64,000 bases of DNA from an uncultured Chloroflexia bacterium (GTDB lineage: Bacteria; Chloroflexota; Chloroflexia; QHBQ01; JADMIH01), in assembly GCA_963797095.1 (NCBI GenBank), contig CAWCNY010000002.1, positions 1,024,001-1,088,000 of the forward strand, written 5' to 3'. Numbering within the stretch: position 1 is the stretch's first letter; every line of letters begins with the position of its first letter. Shown piece after piece: positions 39,869 through 50,244 of the stretch. The translations under genes were made by a program, and so were the position numbers. Below the pieces are notes generated by a model. It was not told the origin of the DNA and did not search any database. It saw only the letters and a list, made by a program, of their open reading frames with translations.

Positions 39869-41185
39869 TTACCTGCAATCCGGCCCATAAAGATCTCTAA
39901 GGAAATCGCGGCCTGCCTGCACGTCCATGTCGAAGTCGAGAGAGGTCTTGCCGTTGTTGAACGATTCCAGCGAGTGATTGAGGCGGGATTCGTTGCTGCC
40001 CGCGTCATACGTGCGCTCCAGGGCATCCAGGCCGCCTATGACCAGGTAGGCGGCAAGCCCGTTCATGTAGGCGCGTAGCTCTTCCTCAACCGTGCAGCCC
40101 CTGGGTATGGGCTGCACCCCGCCTGTCAGGTCGTAAGCGTGGGTGGCTTCGTGCGCCAGAATGCTGGCTATGGATGCTACGTCGGCATCGCGAAAGCTTC
40201 TTGATATGACTATGTAATATTGCTGTGTCCGGGTGCCCGACGAGTAGAACGCGCCCGCTACCCCTTCTTCGCTCACGTCCTCAAAGCTGACGAGCACGCG
40301 ATTTTCGATAATGACGGCAGGTATCCACTGGAACTCAGGTGTCCTGCCAAGAGCCTGCACCGCGGGCAACAAGGCGTCGTCCACAAGCGCATCGAGGCGA
40401 GGATCGTCGCTAAGGTCCGATTCGGCGGCTGGAATGGGTGTGGGCAGGATCACCCTGGCAAGAGGATCGAGGTTGATGTAGCGGGCGTATTCCACGCCCA
40501 GCAAACCAAGCTGCACGTTATGCTGCGGTTCGCGTTCGGGGTGCCACTCGAAGCGATTGCGCTCGAAGTACTGTACGGTATAGGGCTTGCCGTCGGTGGG
40601 GCTGACCTCCACAAACTCCTCCGAGATGGGATAGCCGAAGACGGCCAGCCCGCCGTTGTTCTGCCAGTATGTCAGGAAGGCGTTGGCTAGATTATGGCCT
40701 GTCTGTGTGAAAAAGAATGAGGTGGGGGTGTTCTGGCCCGTGGACGGAGATTGGAAGATGAGGCCGCGAGCCTGGGACATAATAGCGCCGAGACGGGTCA
40801 GCAGGATGTCATTGTTGATGTTGGGGGAAAGTTCGGGGTGGAATTCGAGGCGGGCGCGTTCCAGGTACTGCACGGTGAGGCCATCTTCCACCAAAGGCTC
40901 GGTGAGGGGGAGGCCTAGGATGGAGGTTGCCCCGTGGGTTTCCCAGTAGTTGAGGAAGGCCCCGCGCAGGAAGTGGGCGGTCTGAGTGAAGTAGCGTACC
41001 CTCCCTTCGCTGATGGAGGTAGGGGCCGGGGTGACGTAGCTTGGAGATTGGAGGGCAGCGGCGCTGCCGGCTGCGAGCGAGAGCCACTGCGGGAGGCCCG
41101 CGATAACGAGGGCCAGGATGAGGAGGACGGCGCGCGGTAGACGGCGCGGCCCAAATGGTTTGCGTGTTAGGCCTGGTATGTGCAT
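39869..41185 (-). CDS. Secreted protein with two FxxTGH-type repeats and an HExxH metallopeptidase-like domain
   Basis: Signal peptide; FTQT(A/G)HxLxxAFLxYWxxxG..G(Y/L)P..QY(F/L)ERxRxE twice; ILAHEATHAYD..EEE; start placed at MHIPG. Confidence 0.78.
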   Translation of the reverse strand: MHIPGLTRKPFGPRRLPRAVLLILALVIAGLPQWLSLAAGSAAALQSPSYVTPAPTSISEGRVRYFTQTAHFLRGAFLNYWETHGATSILGLPLTEPLVEDGLTVQYLERARLEFHPELSPNINNDILLTRLGAIMSQARGLIFQSPSTGQNTPTSFFFTQTGHNLANAFLTYWQNNGGLAVFGYPISEEFVEVSPTDGKPYTVQYFERNRFEWHPEREPQHNVQLGLLGVEYARYINLDPLARVILPTPIPAAESDLSDDPRLDALVDDALLPAVQALGRTPEFQWIPAVIIENRVLVSFEDVSEEGVAGAFYSSGTRTQQYYIVISRSFRDADVASIASILAHEATHAYDLTGGVQPIPRGCTVEEELRAYMNGLAAYLVIGGLDALERTYDAGSNESRLNHSLESFNNGKTSLDFDMDVQAGRDFLRDLYGPDCR

Positions 41186-41296
41186 AATATTATCCTCTTC
41201 ACCAACCTGTTTATGGGCGATTATATCAGGTTCTTGTATTTTCGTATGCCTGTGGGCCGCGAGCCGGTATCCAATGATACTACGCATGGAGGTTAT

Positions 41297-42694
41297 ATGG
41301 ACAGATTGATTATACAGAATGCCCGGTTGATCGACGGCACGGGCGCTGCCCCGCGTGAAGGGGCCACCGTAGTGGTGGAGGGCGGCAAGATAACCGATGT
41401 GCAATACGAGCGGTTTCCTGAAGAGTTCGACCGTGCCATATTCGAGAAGCTGGAGGCTCGCGAGCAAGAGATAGTGAGGAAGCGGTACGGGCTGGAAGGG
41501 GAGCGCACCCGCAGCAAGCAGGAACTGGCTAAAGAGATTGGAATGGATCCGGACAAGCTCCGCAAGGCCGAAGCGCGTATATTGCGCAAGCTCAGGAGGC
41601 ATGGGGAGGACACACCGGAACCTGAGCCTGCCGAGAAGGGCGCGCACGTCATGGACCTGCAAGGAGCAACTCTTATGCCAGGGTTGATCAACGCTCACTG
41701 CCACGTGATGATGGACGCAGGCCCGGACCCGATTGGAAGAACGGCAAGCACTAGCCTGGCGCATGTGCTCCTCGAAGCCGTTAAGCGGTGTGAGGCGATG
41801 CTGAGGGCCGGCATCACCACGGCCCGTGACCTCGGCGGTTACGAGTGGGGAGAGTTGGCTTTGCGTGATGCGATTGCTTCGGGAGATTTGAAGGGGCCGC
41901 GCCTGGTGTGTGCAGGCAAGATCATCACGATGACAGGCGGGCACGGTTGGCCCATCGGGTTAGAGAGCGATGGGCCTGACGAAGTGCGCAAGTCGGCTCG
42001 CCTGAATTTGAAGAAAGGGGCCGATTGTCTGAAGTTCATGGCTACGGGCGGCGTGCTGACGCCGGGGGTAGAGCCGGGCGCGGCCCAACTTTCGGAGGCT
42101 GAGATGCGGGCGGGGATAGAGGAGGCACACAACGTTGGCAAGCACACTGCCAGCCACGCTCAGGGCACAGGCGGCATCAAGAACGCGTTGAGGGCGGGCA
42201 TCGACACGATAGAGCACGGGATCTTCCTGGACGAGGAGTGCATCGAGTTGATGGTGAAGCAGGGCACCGTGTTCGTGCCGACGCTCGCCGCGCCCTTCAG
42301 GATAGTGGAGGCGGGCGAAGCGAAGGGGATACCCGACTACGCGCTCAGGAAGTCTCTGGCCGTGATGGACTCGCACTTCAAGTCATTCGAGTGGGCGGCG
42401 CAAGCGGGAGTTACTATCGCTGCAGGCAACGACGGTGGCACGCCCTTCAACCCATCGGAGGACCTTGTGACCGAGGTGTGGCTGATGGTGGAGCATGGCC
42501 TGAGCGCGCTTGCCGCCATCCGGGCCGCCACCTATGGCTCGGCGCGCGCCATGGGGTTGTCGGAGGAGGTGGGCACTGTCCAGAAGGGGATGTGGGCCGA
42601 CCTGCTGATCCTGGAAAAGGGCGCGGACCCCCTGGACGATGTGAACGCGCTGGGGAAGGTGGCGACCGTGATCAAGCATGGGGTGGTAGTGTAG
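41297..42694 (+). CDS. Amidohydrolase (prolidase-like) with inserted sigma-70 region-4-like domain
   Basis: IQNARLIDGTG, PGLINAHCH, KFMATGG, SHAQG, IEHG and GNDGG motifs; insert LEAREQEIVRKRYGL...AEARILRKLR. Confidence 0.88.
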   Translation: MDRLIIQNARLIDGTGAAPREGATVVVEGGKITDVQYERFPEEFDRAIFEKLEAREQEIVRKRYGLEGERTRSKQELAKEIGMDPDKLRKAEARILRKLRRHGEDTPEPEPAEKGAHVMDLQGATLMPGLINAHCHVMMDAGPDPIGRTASTSLAHVLLEAVKRCEAMLRAGITTARDLGGYEWGELALRDAIASGDLKGPRLVCAGKIITMTGGHGWPIGLESDGPDEVRKSARLNLKKGADCLKFMATGGVLTPGVEPGAAQLSEAEMRAGIEEAHNVGKHTASHAQGTGGIKNALRAGIDTIEHGIFLDEECIELMVKQGTVFVPTLAAPFRIVEAGEAKGIPDYALRKSLAVMDSHFKSFEWAAQAGVTIAAGNDGGTPFNPSEDLVTEVWLMVEHGLSALAAIRAATYGSARAMGLSEEVGTVQKGMWADLLILEKGADPLDDVNALGKVATVIKHGVVV

Positions 42695-42732
42695 AATTGG
42701 GGGCAAAACATTTATTCACAGGAGAAGATAGA

Positions 42733-43272
42733 ATGTCCAACGGTGAAACTGAAGTACCGGATAGTATTGAAGAGGCCGAGCAGCCGGAATTGATCACGGC
42801 CACCTACCCTGACGAAGCATCCGCAAAATCGGGTTTCGGGGCGCTCAGGGACGCGCAAAAGGCGGAGGCGGTGTGGCTGAAGGATGTGGCGCTGGTGGTG
42901 CGCGACGCCGACAACACCCTGCACCTGAAAGAGACGGAAGATATGGCCGCTCCCGAAGGGGCGCTCTATGGCGGCACGATAGGTGCCGTACTGGGCATGA
43001 TCGCCGGGCCGCTTGGTCTGGTGCTGGGGGGTGCGCTCGGCGCGCTGGTCGGAGGGGCCGCGGCCCAGGCCAGGGACGCCGACATCGAGGACGATTGGCT
43101 GCGAGAACTGGGAGAGTCGCTGCCGCCGGGCGCGGGTATGGTGGTAGCGATCACTACCGGCATGTGGGTGCCCCAGGTTGAGGCCACGCTGACCGCGTCG
43201 GGCGGCAAGGTGCTAACCCGAACTATCGATGCTGCATTGGCTGAGCAGCTAGGGTTGGACGAGGGGGGATAG
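42733..43272 (+). CDS. DUF1269 family membrane protein
   Basis: DVALVVRD, glycine zipper GALYGGTIGAVLG..GGALGA, DIEDDWLRELGESLPPG. Confidence 0.85.
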   Translation: MSNGETEVPDSIEEAEQPELITATYPDEASAKSGFGALRDAQKAEAVWLKDVALVVRDADNTLHLKETEDMAAPEGALYGGTIGAVLGMIAGPLGLVLGGALGALVGGAAAQARDADIEDDWLRELGESLPPGAGMVVAITTGMWVPQVEATLTASGGKVLTRTIDAALAEQLGLDEGG

Positions 43273-43429
43273 TATATAGTTTTGTGTGAATTAGCGAAAT
43301 AGGCGAAAGCTGGATAATGCAAGGCTCGCGAATCGATCGACGGGCCTTTTCTTTGTTGGACTATACCTCAAGTATACATTCGCGTCCATGCCATGTATAA
43401 TAGCACTATCATCCCGCCAGGAGGGTTAC

Positions 43430-44818
43430 GTGCTACTACGGTATTGGCGTATGCTCGTTCCTTTCGGGGCCATTCTCGTGGCCTTAGTTCTTGGCGGATG
43501 TGATGCAGCTAACGTCCCCGCCAATCTTACCCCTGAACCGAGCATCGTTGACACCATTCCTCGCTTCCCTACAATTGCTCCTACAATTGCTCCTACCTTC
43601 ACACCTCTCCCAACGCCTTTTCCTACTCCTGTGATTGGCCCCAGCACTTTCACAGGCACATTCATTCGGATGAACGCCCTACATATATTGACTTCCTGAG
43701 CTTAGCACAGAGCGGTGTTGAGGTGGCTGGTTATCTGATCGTCGTTACACCAGACGACAAACAGAGTACAAAATCAACCACTGTTCGTCTAAGTGGTTCT
43801 GCTGATAATGATGTTGTCACACTCAATGACCCCTCTGCAAATCGCGTGTTCACACTTCGCAAGGGGGCTGGCTTTCTGACACTCTCCTACCCTTCCACGA
43901 ATGGCCTTGTTGGAAGGAGGGATATGAAAGCGACTTCCCAGGAAGAGTTCAATCAAACACTGGCTGCATGGCAAAATGACTTAGTGCGGCAAGCACAACG
44001 AGCGTATCTCGGCGTAGTTACGGTACCGTTGACCGAAGACTTAGCCAAACAATACAACGTCAAGGATGAGGCCGGCGGGTTGACAGTCTTTGGCCTACTA
44101 GTGACACAGGTTGGGGAGGATAGCCCGGCAGAGTGGGCAGGTGTGCAAATAGGAGATGCGATACTTACAATTGGCAATTCTGATGCCGGGCGACTCGCGC
44201 CAGATGAAGGCTTACCAATCGCTGCGGTGCCGGACAATTTTAGACCCAATGATAGTGTCACGCTCGGCATCTCCCGTGATGGCAAGTGGATAGAGATACA
44301 AGTAACGCTTGGAGTTAGACCAGATGTGTTCCCAGCACCAATCCCAACTCCTTCGGTAACCCCCACACCGATTACATGGTTACAAGTTGGAGAAACAGGC
44401 AACCTGATTGGTTGGCAAGTAAGGGTGAATGATGTACGCCATTACTTCCCAGGTGATGCTTATGGGGCCACACGCGAGGAAAGGGAGTGGGCATATATGG
44501 TCGTCAGTATGACGGTTCAAAATGCCAGTGACCAGAACACGCCTTCTCTCTCCACTGTCTCAACTGACATTGCTTCAAGATGGAGAGCCAGCGTCGTGGC
44601 AGGATTACAATCTTGAGTTGGACTATCAGCCTGATAAATCTTTACGAGATGAGGGAACATTATTCGATTTTGATTGGCCCACTGATGGGATGCCTCCGGG
44701 CGGCAGTGCCAGTGGCAACTTAGTGTATAAGGTGCGGAGAGATGCGAATGGATTTGGAATGAAGTTTGGGGACCCTGAATGGACAGATAGTATGTTGTGG
44801 TTCGTACTGGACAAGTAA
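43430..44818 (+). pseudogene. Lipoprotein with PDZ and DUF4352-like domains, split by two frameshifts
   Basis: Lipobox LGGC; PDZ YLGV..SPAEWAGVQIGD; frames join near 43664 and 44535. Confidence 0.65.
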
Positions 44819-44951
44819 CAGTTCATTGCAGCCCATTGAATGGGAACTTACAAGAAGGACAAGTAATGAATATCACTTGACTTGGGATCAGCTCGTAAAG
44901 GGCAGATAGCTTGATATCGGATAGTGCGATTAGTTGCCTCTTATTAGCTCC

Positions 44952-45812
44952 TTACCTCTTCGGCTTGAAAGCGGTCTGCAACAGCGAGGGGTCGAAGAAC
45001 TGGCCCGCCTGCCCCGTGTTGGCGTAGTTGTACAGGGCTGCCTGGAATACGCCGTTGAGCGCCGAGCTAAATACGCCGACCAACGCGGCGATCAGGATCG
45101 CTATCACTATCGCCGTCAGCATGAGCGCCACCGAGCCGCTTGCGATGCCGAGCCACAGGAGCGGGCCGCCGATCACAACGATTGCCAAGAACGCGAGAAG
45201 TCCAAACACCACCCCTATGCCCCCGTTGGCTACGATCTGCTCGCCCCAGGTCCTTTTGAGGAGCGCGCCCGACCGCTTGATGGCGTCAATTGGGCCCACA
45301 TCCTCGACCACCAGCACCGGCACCACAAGGAAGGTAATCACGTTCCAGGCGAAGTTCAGGACACCCGCCAGGATGCTAGTGAGGAGGTTGTTGCGGTTGC
45401 GAAGCGTGCTCAGGAGCACGCCCACCGTGGCCGAGATGGCCGCGTAGCCGATGATATTGCCTATCTTGCTGTTGGCGACCTTCAAGCCATCGCTGATAGT
45501 GGGGTCGCCCCCGCGCAGGCGGATCATGGCCGCACCCACCAGCGCCACGTTCGAGTAGATCACCACGGTGTACATGACGAGATAGAACAAGAAGAGGGTG
45601 ATCAACCCCACCGCCGCGCCACCCGCTGATGTGGTGTTATCGGCGGTGTTCCCCAGTAGCCCGCTGAAAAAGAGCGGTATGCTGAACACCACCGTCACAA
45701 TAAACACCCCGATCATCGAAATGAACGGGAAAAGCAGCAACTCACGGTCCGACTTGAGCACGTTGAAACTTTGTTTGACCAATTCCCAGCTTCTTGAGAA
45801 TGTAGCGAACAT
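44952..45812 (-). CDS. Conserved membrane protein (DUF6159-like)
   Basis: SRSWELVKQS..D.ELLLFP and VPVLVVE..GPIDAIKRS..LKRTWGE motifs. Confidence 0.8.
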   Translation of the reverse strand: MFATFSRSWELVKQSFNVLKSDRELLLFPFISMIGVFIVTVVFSIPLFFSGLLGNTADNTTSAGGAAVGLITLFLFYLVMYTVVIYSNVALVGAAMIRLRGGDPTISDGLKVANSKIGNIIGYAAISATVGVLLSTLRNRNNLLTSILAGVLNFAWNVITFLVVPVLVVEDVGPIDAIKRSGALLKRTWGEQIVANGGIGVVFGLLAFLAIVVIGGPLLWLGIASGSVALMLTAIVIAILIAALVGVFSSALNGVFQAALYNYANTGQAGQFFDPSLLQTAFKPKR

Positions 45813-45939
45813 ATAGATACGCCCCTTTCTATATGAGGTGTTGGCCCTATATTATCACCTCTGTCAATATCTACGCAGAACGACAGAAAAAGTTGGTGTG
45901 CTTATGTTTAGCAAAAGAGATGGCCCATCGCCTGAGAGG

Positions 45940-48435
45940 CTACGCCATGCCGTGCTCGATAGCGTAGCGCGTGGCGGCAGCACGCGACGAAACGTTCAAT
46001 TTTCTGTAGATGGTACGGAGATGGGCATTTATCGTATAGAGACTGAGAAAGAGGCGCTCGGCCAGTTCTGCGTTTGACAGGCCATGGGCGAGTAGCGCAA
46101 GCACCTCAACTTCGCGAGCAGAAAGGCCAGGGTCTTCCTGGGCTTGCGGGCGCGCTGTGCCGATACCGCTTGCGGGGCCGGGTGCGGCTGCCCTCTCTGC
46201 CTGGCTGGGCGTATCCTTGCGCGAGATCGCTTCGGTCGGGGTGAGTCTCAGGCCTTCGGCCCAGGTCGTATCGAACTGCGCGACACCCAATACCTGGCGG
46301 CTGGTCTCCAGGCATGAGACATAGGTGGTTTGGTCGAATCGGTCCAGGCGGTCGGTCAGGTCGTCGTAGATAGCGTTGGCGGTAGCCAGCAAGAGGGTGG
46401 CGCGCCTGGGGTCACTGTGTGCGCACGCAATTTCGGCCAGCGAGATCAGGCCATAGGCTATATTCCACTGGTCGCCAAGCCTGAGGTTCATATCGAGGGC
46501 CTGGAGTGCGTATTCTTCAGCGATGCCTAAATCGCCCCTGTGTAAATGGGCGCGTCCCAGGCTGTCGAGCGAAAGCGATAAGCGTGTTTGGTCTCCCAGA
46601 TCGCGGTAAATTCGCACGCTTTGTTCCAGATAGCCTATCGCGGAGGGATCTCTTGCATTCATCATCACCAGGCCGATGTTGTTGAGCGCACCCGCAATAC
46701 CGGGCTTGTAATTGATGCCACTCCATATCTGGAGGCATTCACGATAGGCGTTCAGTGCGCCCTCATCGTCACCGAAATCGCGCAGATTGTTGCCCAGGCC
46801 CAGCAGGGCCGTGGTGGTGCCCATCAGGTCGTTGCGCTCACGCGCTATATCAAGCGCCTCCTGGTAGTAGACACGTGCCTGCTCGATGCGGGTCATATAC
46901 GTTGCTATTCTGGCGGCCGCGCGCAATGCCTGCGCACGCTCTTCAGTGCGTATAGAGGTGGTATGGTTGAGAAATGCTTCCAGCCATTCGCTACCTTCAT
47001 GCAAGTGGCTCCGCGAATGCCAGAAGCGCGCCAGGTGCCCCGTGATGACGAGGCCCATGCCAAGCCGTTCGGATGTGTCCACGTCAGCCGGTTCCGAAAG
47101 GCACCAGCCGAGAACCACCCGTATATTGGCGATTTCCCGCTCAAGCCTGTCGAGCCAGAGTGGTTGATCCCGTCCGAAAAGTTCTGCGCCCGCTTCTTCG
47201 GCCAACTTTGTGATATAGCGAGCAAGCGACGCAAGAGCCGGGGCTTCCTCACCTTTTGCCTGCAATTGCTCATACGCGTACTCGCGTAGCGTCTCCAGCA
47301 TGGCTATGCGAAGCTCCTCTTCGTCCTCGTCATTCTCTACGACCTTCAAGAGGCTCTTGTTGGCAAGCGAGGTGACGGGATTGAGGAGATCAGGCTCCAG
47401 GTGAACATCTCGTAACTCAGGGGGGAGGCTTTCGGCCATACCCGCACAAACCGCTTCGGCGGCTTCCAGGGTACAGCCTCCTGAAAAGACGGACAGGAGC
47501 CGGAAGATACGTTGCTCCGTGTTTGTGAGCAGATCGTAGCTCCAATTGATGGCGTTGTGGAGGGTTTGCTGGCGGGGAGGCAGGTCCTGCGCTCCCCCGG
47601 TCAGGACTTGCAGGCGCTTTTGCAGCCGGGCAAGCAAGGCCCTGGGCGAGAGAAACTTGATGCGCGCCGCCGCAAGCTCCAGCGCCAGAGGCAGGCCATC
47701 GAGGCGGGCGCATATGTCGGCAATGATCTGGGCGTTGTCACTGTCAATAGCGAAGTCGGGCTTGACCGAGCGGGCGCGCTGCATGAATAGCTGGACCGCA
47801 GGGCTGCTCTCTATCGGTTCAAGGTCTGGTCCATCCTTCCGTTTGCCGCCGGCCTGGGGTAGGGGCAACGGCTCTACTTCCATCTCATGCTCGCCGCGCA
47901 GGTTCAGAATCGCACGACTTGTCACCAGCAGCTTCAAGTGTGGGCACGCGGCCATCAACTCGGCTAGTATAGGAGCCGCAGCTGTTAGCTGCTCGAAATT
48001 ATCGAGCACAAGGAGCGCGCCCATATCCTTCATGTAGCCGATCAGGGTTGGAAGGATCGTTTCGTCGGGGAGGGTGTATAGCTCAAGAGATTGCGAGATG
48101 GCCGAGAGGAGCAGCCCGGCATCCGTGATATCTTGCAACGGGACGAAGAAGACTCCGTCGGGGAAGCTTTCCATAAGGTCGGCAGCGATAGCCAGGGCAA
48201 GGCGGGTTTTGCCCACGCCGCCCGGCCCATGGAGGGTGAGCAAGCGAATGTCGGGCTCGAGCAAAAGGTCTGCTGCACGAACGCACTCGCTATCGCGACC
48301 TATGAGAGGCGTTGGCGGGGTGGGGAGATTGTCCCCAGGTGCCGGAGGGTGGGTTCTCTCGCGCCAGAGTGTGCCTTTCAGAGTTGAAGGTCGTAGAGGC
48401 ATTATCGATTGGATTGATGACAGTGATGATTGCAC
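45940..48435 (-). CDS. ATPase-TPR-LuxR HTH transcriptional regulator
   Basis: [10 protein letters not shown] Walker [25 protein letters not shown] repeats, [13 protein letters not shown] LuxR HTH; start uncertain. Confidence 0.92.
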   Translation of the reverse strand: MQSSLSSIQSIMPLRPSTLKGTLWRERTHPPAPGDNLPTPPTPLIGRDSECVRAADLLLEPDIRLLTLHGPGGVGKTRLALAIAADLMESFPDGVFFVPLQDITDAGLLLSAISQSLELYTLPDETILPTLIGYMKDMGALLVLDNFEQLTAAAPILAELMAACPHLKLLVTSRAILNLRGEHEMEVEPLPLPQAGGKRKDGPDLEPIESSPAVQLFMQRARSVKPDFAIDSDNAQIIADICARLDGLPLALELAAARIKFLSPRALLARLQKRLQVLTGGAQDLPPRQQTLHNAINWSYDLLTNTEQRIFRLLSVFSGGCTLEAAEAVCAGMAESLPPELRDVHLEPDLLNPVTSLANKSLLKVVENDEDEEELRIAMLETLREYAYEQLQAKGEEAPALASLARYITKLAEEAGAELFGRDQPLWLDRLEREIANIRVVLGWCLSEPADVDTSERLGMGLVITGHLARFWHSRSHLHEGSEWLEAFLNHTTSIRTEERAQALRAAARIATYMTRIEQARVYYQEALDIARERNDLMGTTTALLGLGNNLRDFGDDEGALNAYRECLQIWSGINYKPGIAGALNNIGLVMMNARDPSAIGYLEQSVRIYRDLGDQTRLSLSLDSLGRAHLHRGDLGIAEEYALQALDMNLRLGDQWNIAYGLISLAEIACAHSDPRRATLLLATANAIYDDLTDRLDRFDQTTYVSCLETSRQVLGVAQFDTTWAEGLRLTPTEAISRKDTPSQAERAAAPGPASGIGTARPQAQEDPGLSAREVEVLALLAHGLSNAELAERLFLSLYTINAHLRTIYRKLNVSSRAAATRYAIEHGMA

Positions 48436-48519
48436 AGCCGGATCACGCTTTTATTAGGGATCGTAGCGTTCGTAGTCAGATTATAGCGCATAGGCCCGGT
48501 ATTGTACACATGATCTTGT

Positions 48520-48548
48520 TTGACGGCTATGCGCCTATGCCGTATAAT
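48520..48548 (+). promoter_or_regulatory. sigma70 promoter of the rpsP operon
   Basis: TTGACG-17 nt-TATAAT. Confidence 0.75.
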
Positions 48549-48629
48549 GTTAGGCAGGCTTAATTACAGGCTTATATTGCAGAGGCCGGTTGTGGTCTTT
48601 ATGTTTTAGAGGAGTAGAAGAAACATACA

Positions 48630-49082
48630 ATGCTGAAGATTCGACTGCGCCGCATGGGCGCCATCAGACAGCCTCACTACCGCATCGTGGTAGCTGATGC
48701 CCGCGCTCCGCGCGACGGCGCTTTCATTGAGACGCTTGGGCACTATAATCCCCTCACCAATCCCGCCACTATACAGGTGGATGTTGCCAAGTATGAGGAG
48801 TGGAAGCGCAAAGGCGCACAGCCTACCAACGCTGTTGCCAGCCTTGTCAAACAGTTCAACAGGGCAAATGTCGCCACCGAAGGCGTGCCTGCTGTCGACC
48901 GCCGCACCCGCACCGCGTCGGGTAAGCGCGCCGAAGCTGCTCCCGCTCCCGTGGCCGCTACCACTACCATGGAGGCGGTTGCTCCTGAGGAAGCCGCACC
49001 GGCAGCCGCAGAAGAGGCGGAGGCCGCTCCGGTTGTTGAAGAAGCCGAGGCTCCCGCCCAGGAAGCTGAGGAGAACGCGTAG
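48630..49082 (+). CDS. rpsP: 30S ribosomal protein S16 with acidic C-terminal extension
   Basis: MLKIRLRRMG..PHYRIVVADARAPRDG..LGHYNP..GAQPT. Confidence 0.97.
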   Translation: MLKIRLRRMGAIRQPHYRIVVADARAPRDGAFIETLGHYNPLTNPATIQVDVAKYEEWKRKGAQPTNAVASLVKQFNRANVATEGVPAVDRRTRTASGKRAEAAPAPVAATTTMEAVAPEEAAPAAAEEAEAAPVVEEAEAPAQEAEENA

Positions 49083-49149
49083 TACGTGGGGTGAGCGCCC
49101 CCGAATGTCGGGTGGCGCACTTGCGTTTTACGTCCTTACGGATAGAGTG

Positions 49150-49377
49150 ATGAAAGACCTCGTTGAGTACCTTGCCAGGAACCTGGTTGATAAGCCGGAC
49201 GCTGTGCGCGTGCGCGAGCACCGCACTGATTACGTCGTCCGTATTGAACTGAGGGTTGACGCCGAGGACAAGGGCAAAGTGATCGGACGCGAAGGCAAGA
49301 TCGCCCGCGCTCTGCGTGCAGTAGTGAATGCTGCCGCCGCCCGCGAAGGCAAGCGCGGCGTCCTGGAGATCGAATAA
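49150..49377 (+). CDS. khpA: KH domain RNA-binding protein
   Basis: MKDLVEYLARNLVDKPD..DKGKVIGREG; lies between rpsP and rimM. Confidence 0.92.
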   Translation: MKDLVEYLARNLVDKPDAVRVREHRTDYVVRIELRVDAEDKGKVIGREGKIARALRAVVNAAAAREGKRGVLEIE

Positions 49378-49455
49378 AGTATTTGCGTATTGTGTATTGC
49401 TTACCACCACCTGACACGCAATACAAGTACGCAATACGCAATATTCTCCCCAGGC

Positions 49456-50067
49456 ATGACAAACCAGCCTGACACTCTCATCATCGGGCAGATAGTTGCA
49501 CCGTTCGGCATCAAGGGTGAGGTCAAGGTCAATATACTGACCGAATTTCCCGACCGCTTCAATAAGCTTGAAGCGGTCATTCTTGCGCCCACCGACGAAG
49601 GACGTGTGCCCGCCGTAGGCAGTCCCCAACCTGTCGAGAGGCCATCTGGCGAGCAACCTATCAGGTTTCGCCCACCCAGAGAACCCGCCTGGTTCGAGAT
49701 CGAGTCGGTGCGGGCACACAAGGGGCAGGCGTTGGTCAAGCTGGTAGGGGTAGACGATGCCAACAGCGCGGCGACTTTGCGCGGATACTGGATGATGATA
49801 CCTCTGGAGCAGGCGCGCAAACTGCCTCGCGGCGCGTATTATCTCTACCAGATCGAGGGGCTGGAAGTGTATACTACAGGCGGCGACCTGGTGGGCAAGA
49901 TCGCTGAAGTCCTCAGCATGGCGGCCAACGATGTGTACGTAGTGCGCGGCGAAGGCGTCACCGACCCGACCGGAGAGCTATTGGTCCCTGCCGTCAAGGG
50001 GATCGTGAAGAAGATCGACGTAGCAGGTGGGCGGATTGTGATCCTGCCGCCGTCCGAATGGGCGTAA
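49456..50067 (+). CDS. rimM: Ribosome maturation factor RimM
   Basis: IGQIVAPFGIKGEVKV, YYLYQIEGLEV, ANDVYVV and LVPAV motifs. Confidence 0.94.
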   Translation: MTNQPDTLIIGQIVAPFGIKGEVKVNILTEFPDRFNKLEAVILAPTDEGRVPAVGSPQPVERPSGEQPIRFRPPREPAWFEIESVRAHKGQALVKLVGVDDANSAATLRGYWMMIPLEQARKLPRGAYYLYQIEGLEVYTTGGDLVGKIAEVLSMAANDVYVVRGEGVTDPTGELLVPAVKGIVKKIDVAGGRIVILPPSEWA

Positions 50068-50099
50068 AATTCCGGTATTGTGGAAGACGTGAGGGAGAG

Positions 50100-50240
50100 A
50101 TGGTATTTATAGTGGCACTGGTGCTTTTCATAGGGATAATGGGCTACCTCGACTCTCGCATTGGTTGGCCCAAGCCCACCGATAAGTCCACTCGTTACGT
50201 GTCGCTCAGCGAGCGAAGCAAGACTCTGAGGAGAGACTAA
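50100..50240 (+). CDS. Small single-TM protein (46 aa)
   Basis: GGGAG RBS, hydrophobic N-terminus, YLDSRIGWP; fills the operon gap. Confidence 0.5.
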   Translation: MVFIVALVLFIGIMGYLDSRIGWPKPTDKSTRYVSLSERSKTLRRD

Positions 50241-50244
50241 CGAT

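Noticed and set aside
41186-41944. N-terminal extension of the 691-aa minus-strand ORF
   Set aside because: Overlaps the amidohydrolase antisense; the RBS and signal peptide support a start at 41185
48870-49082. Ala/Glu-rich extension on S16
   Set aside because: Such extensions are common in several phyla
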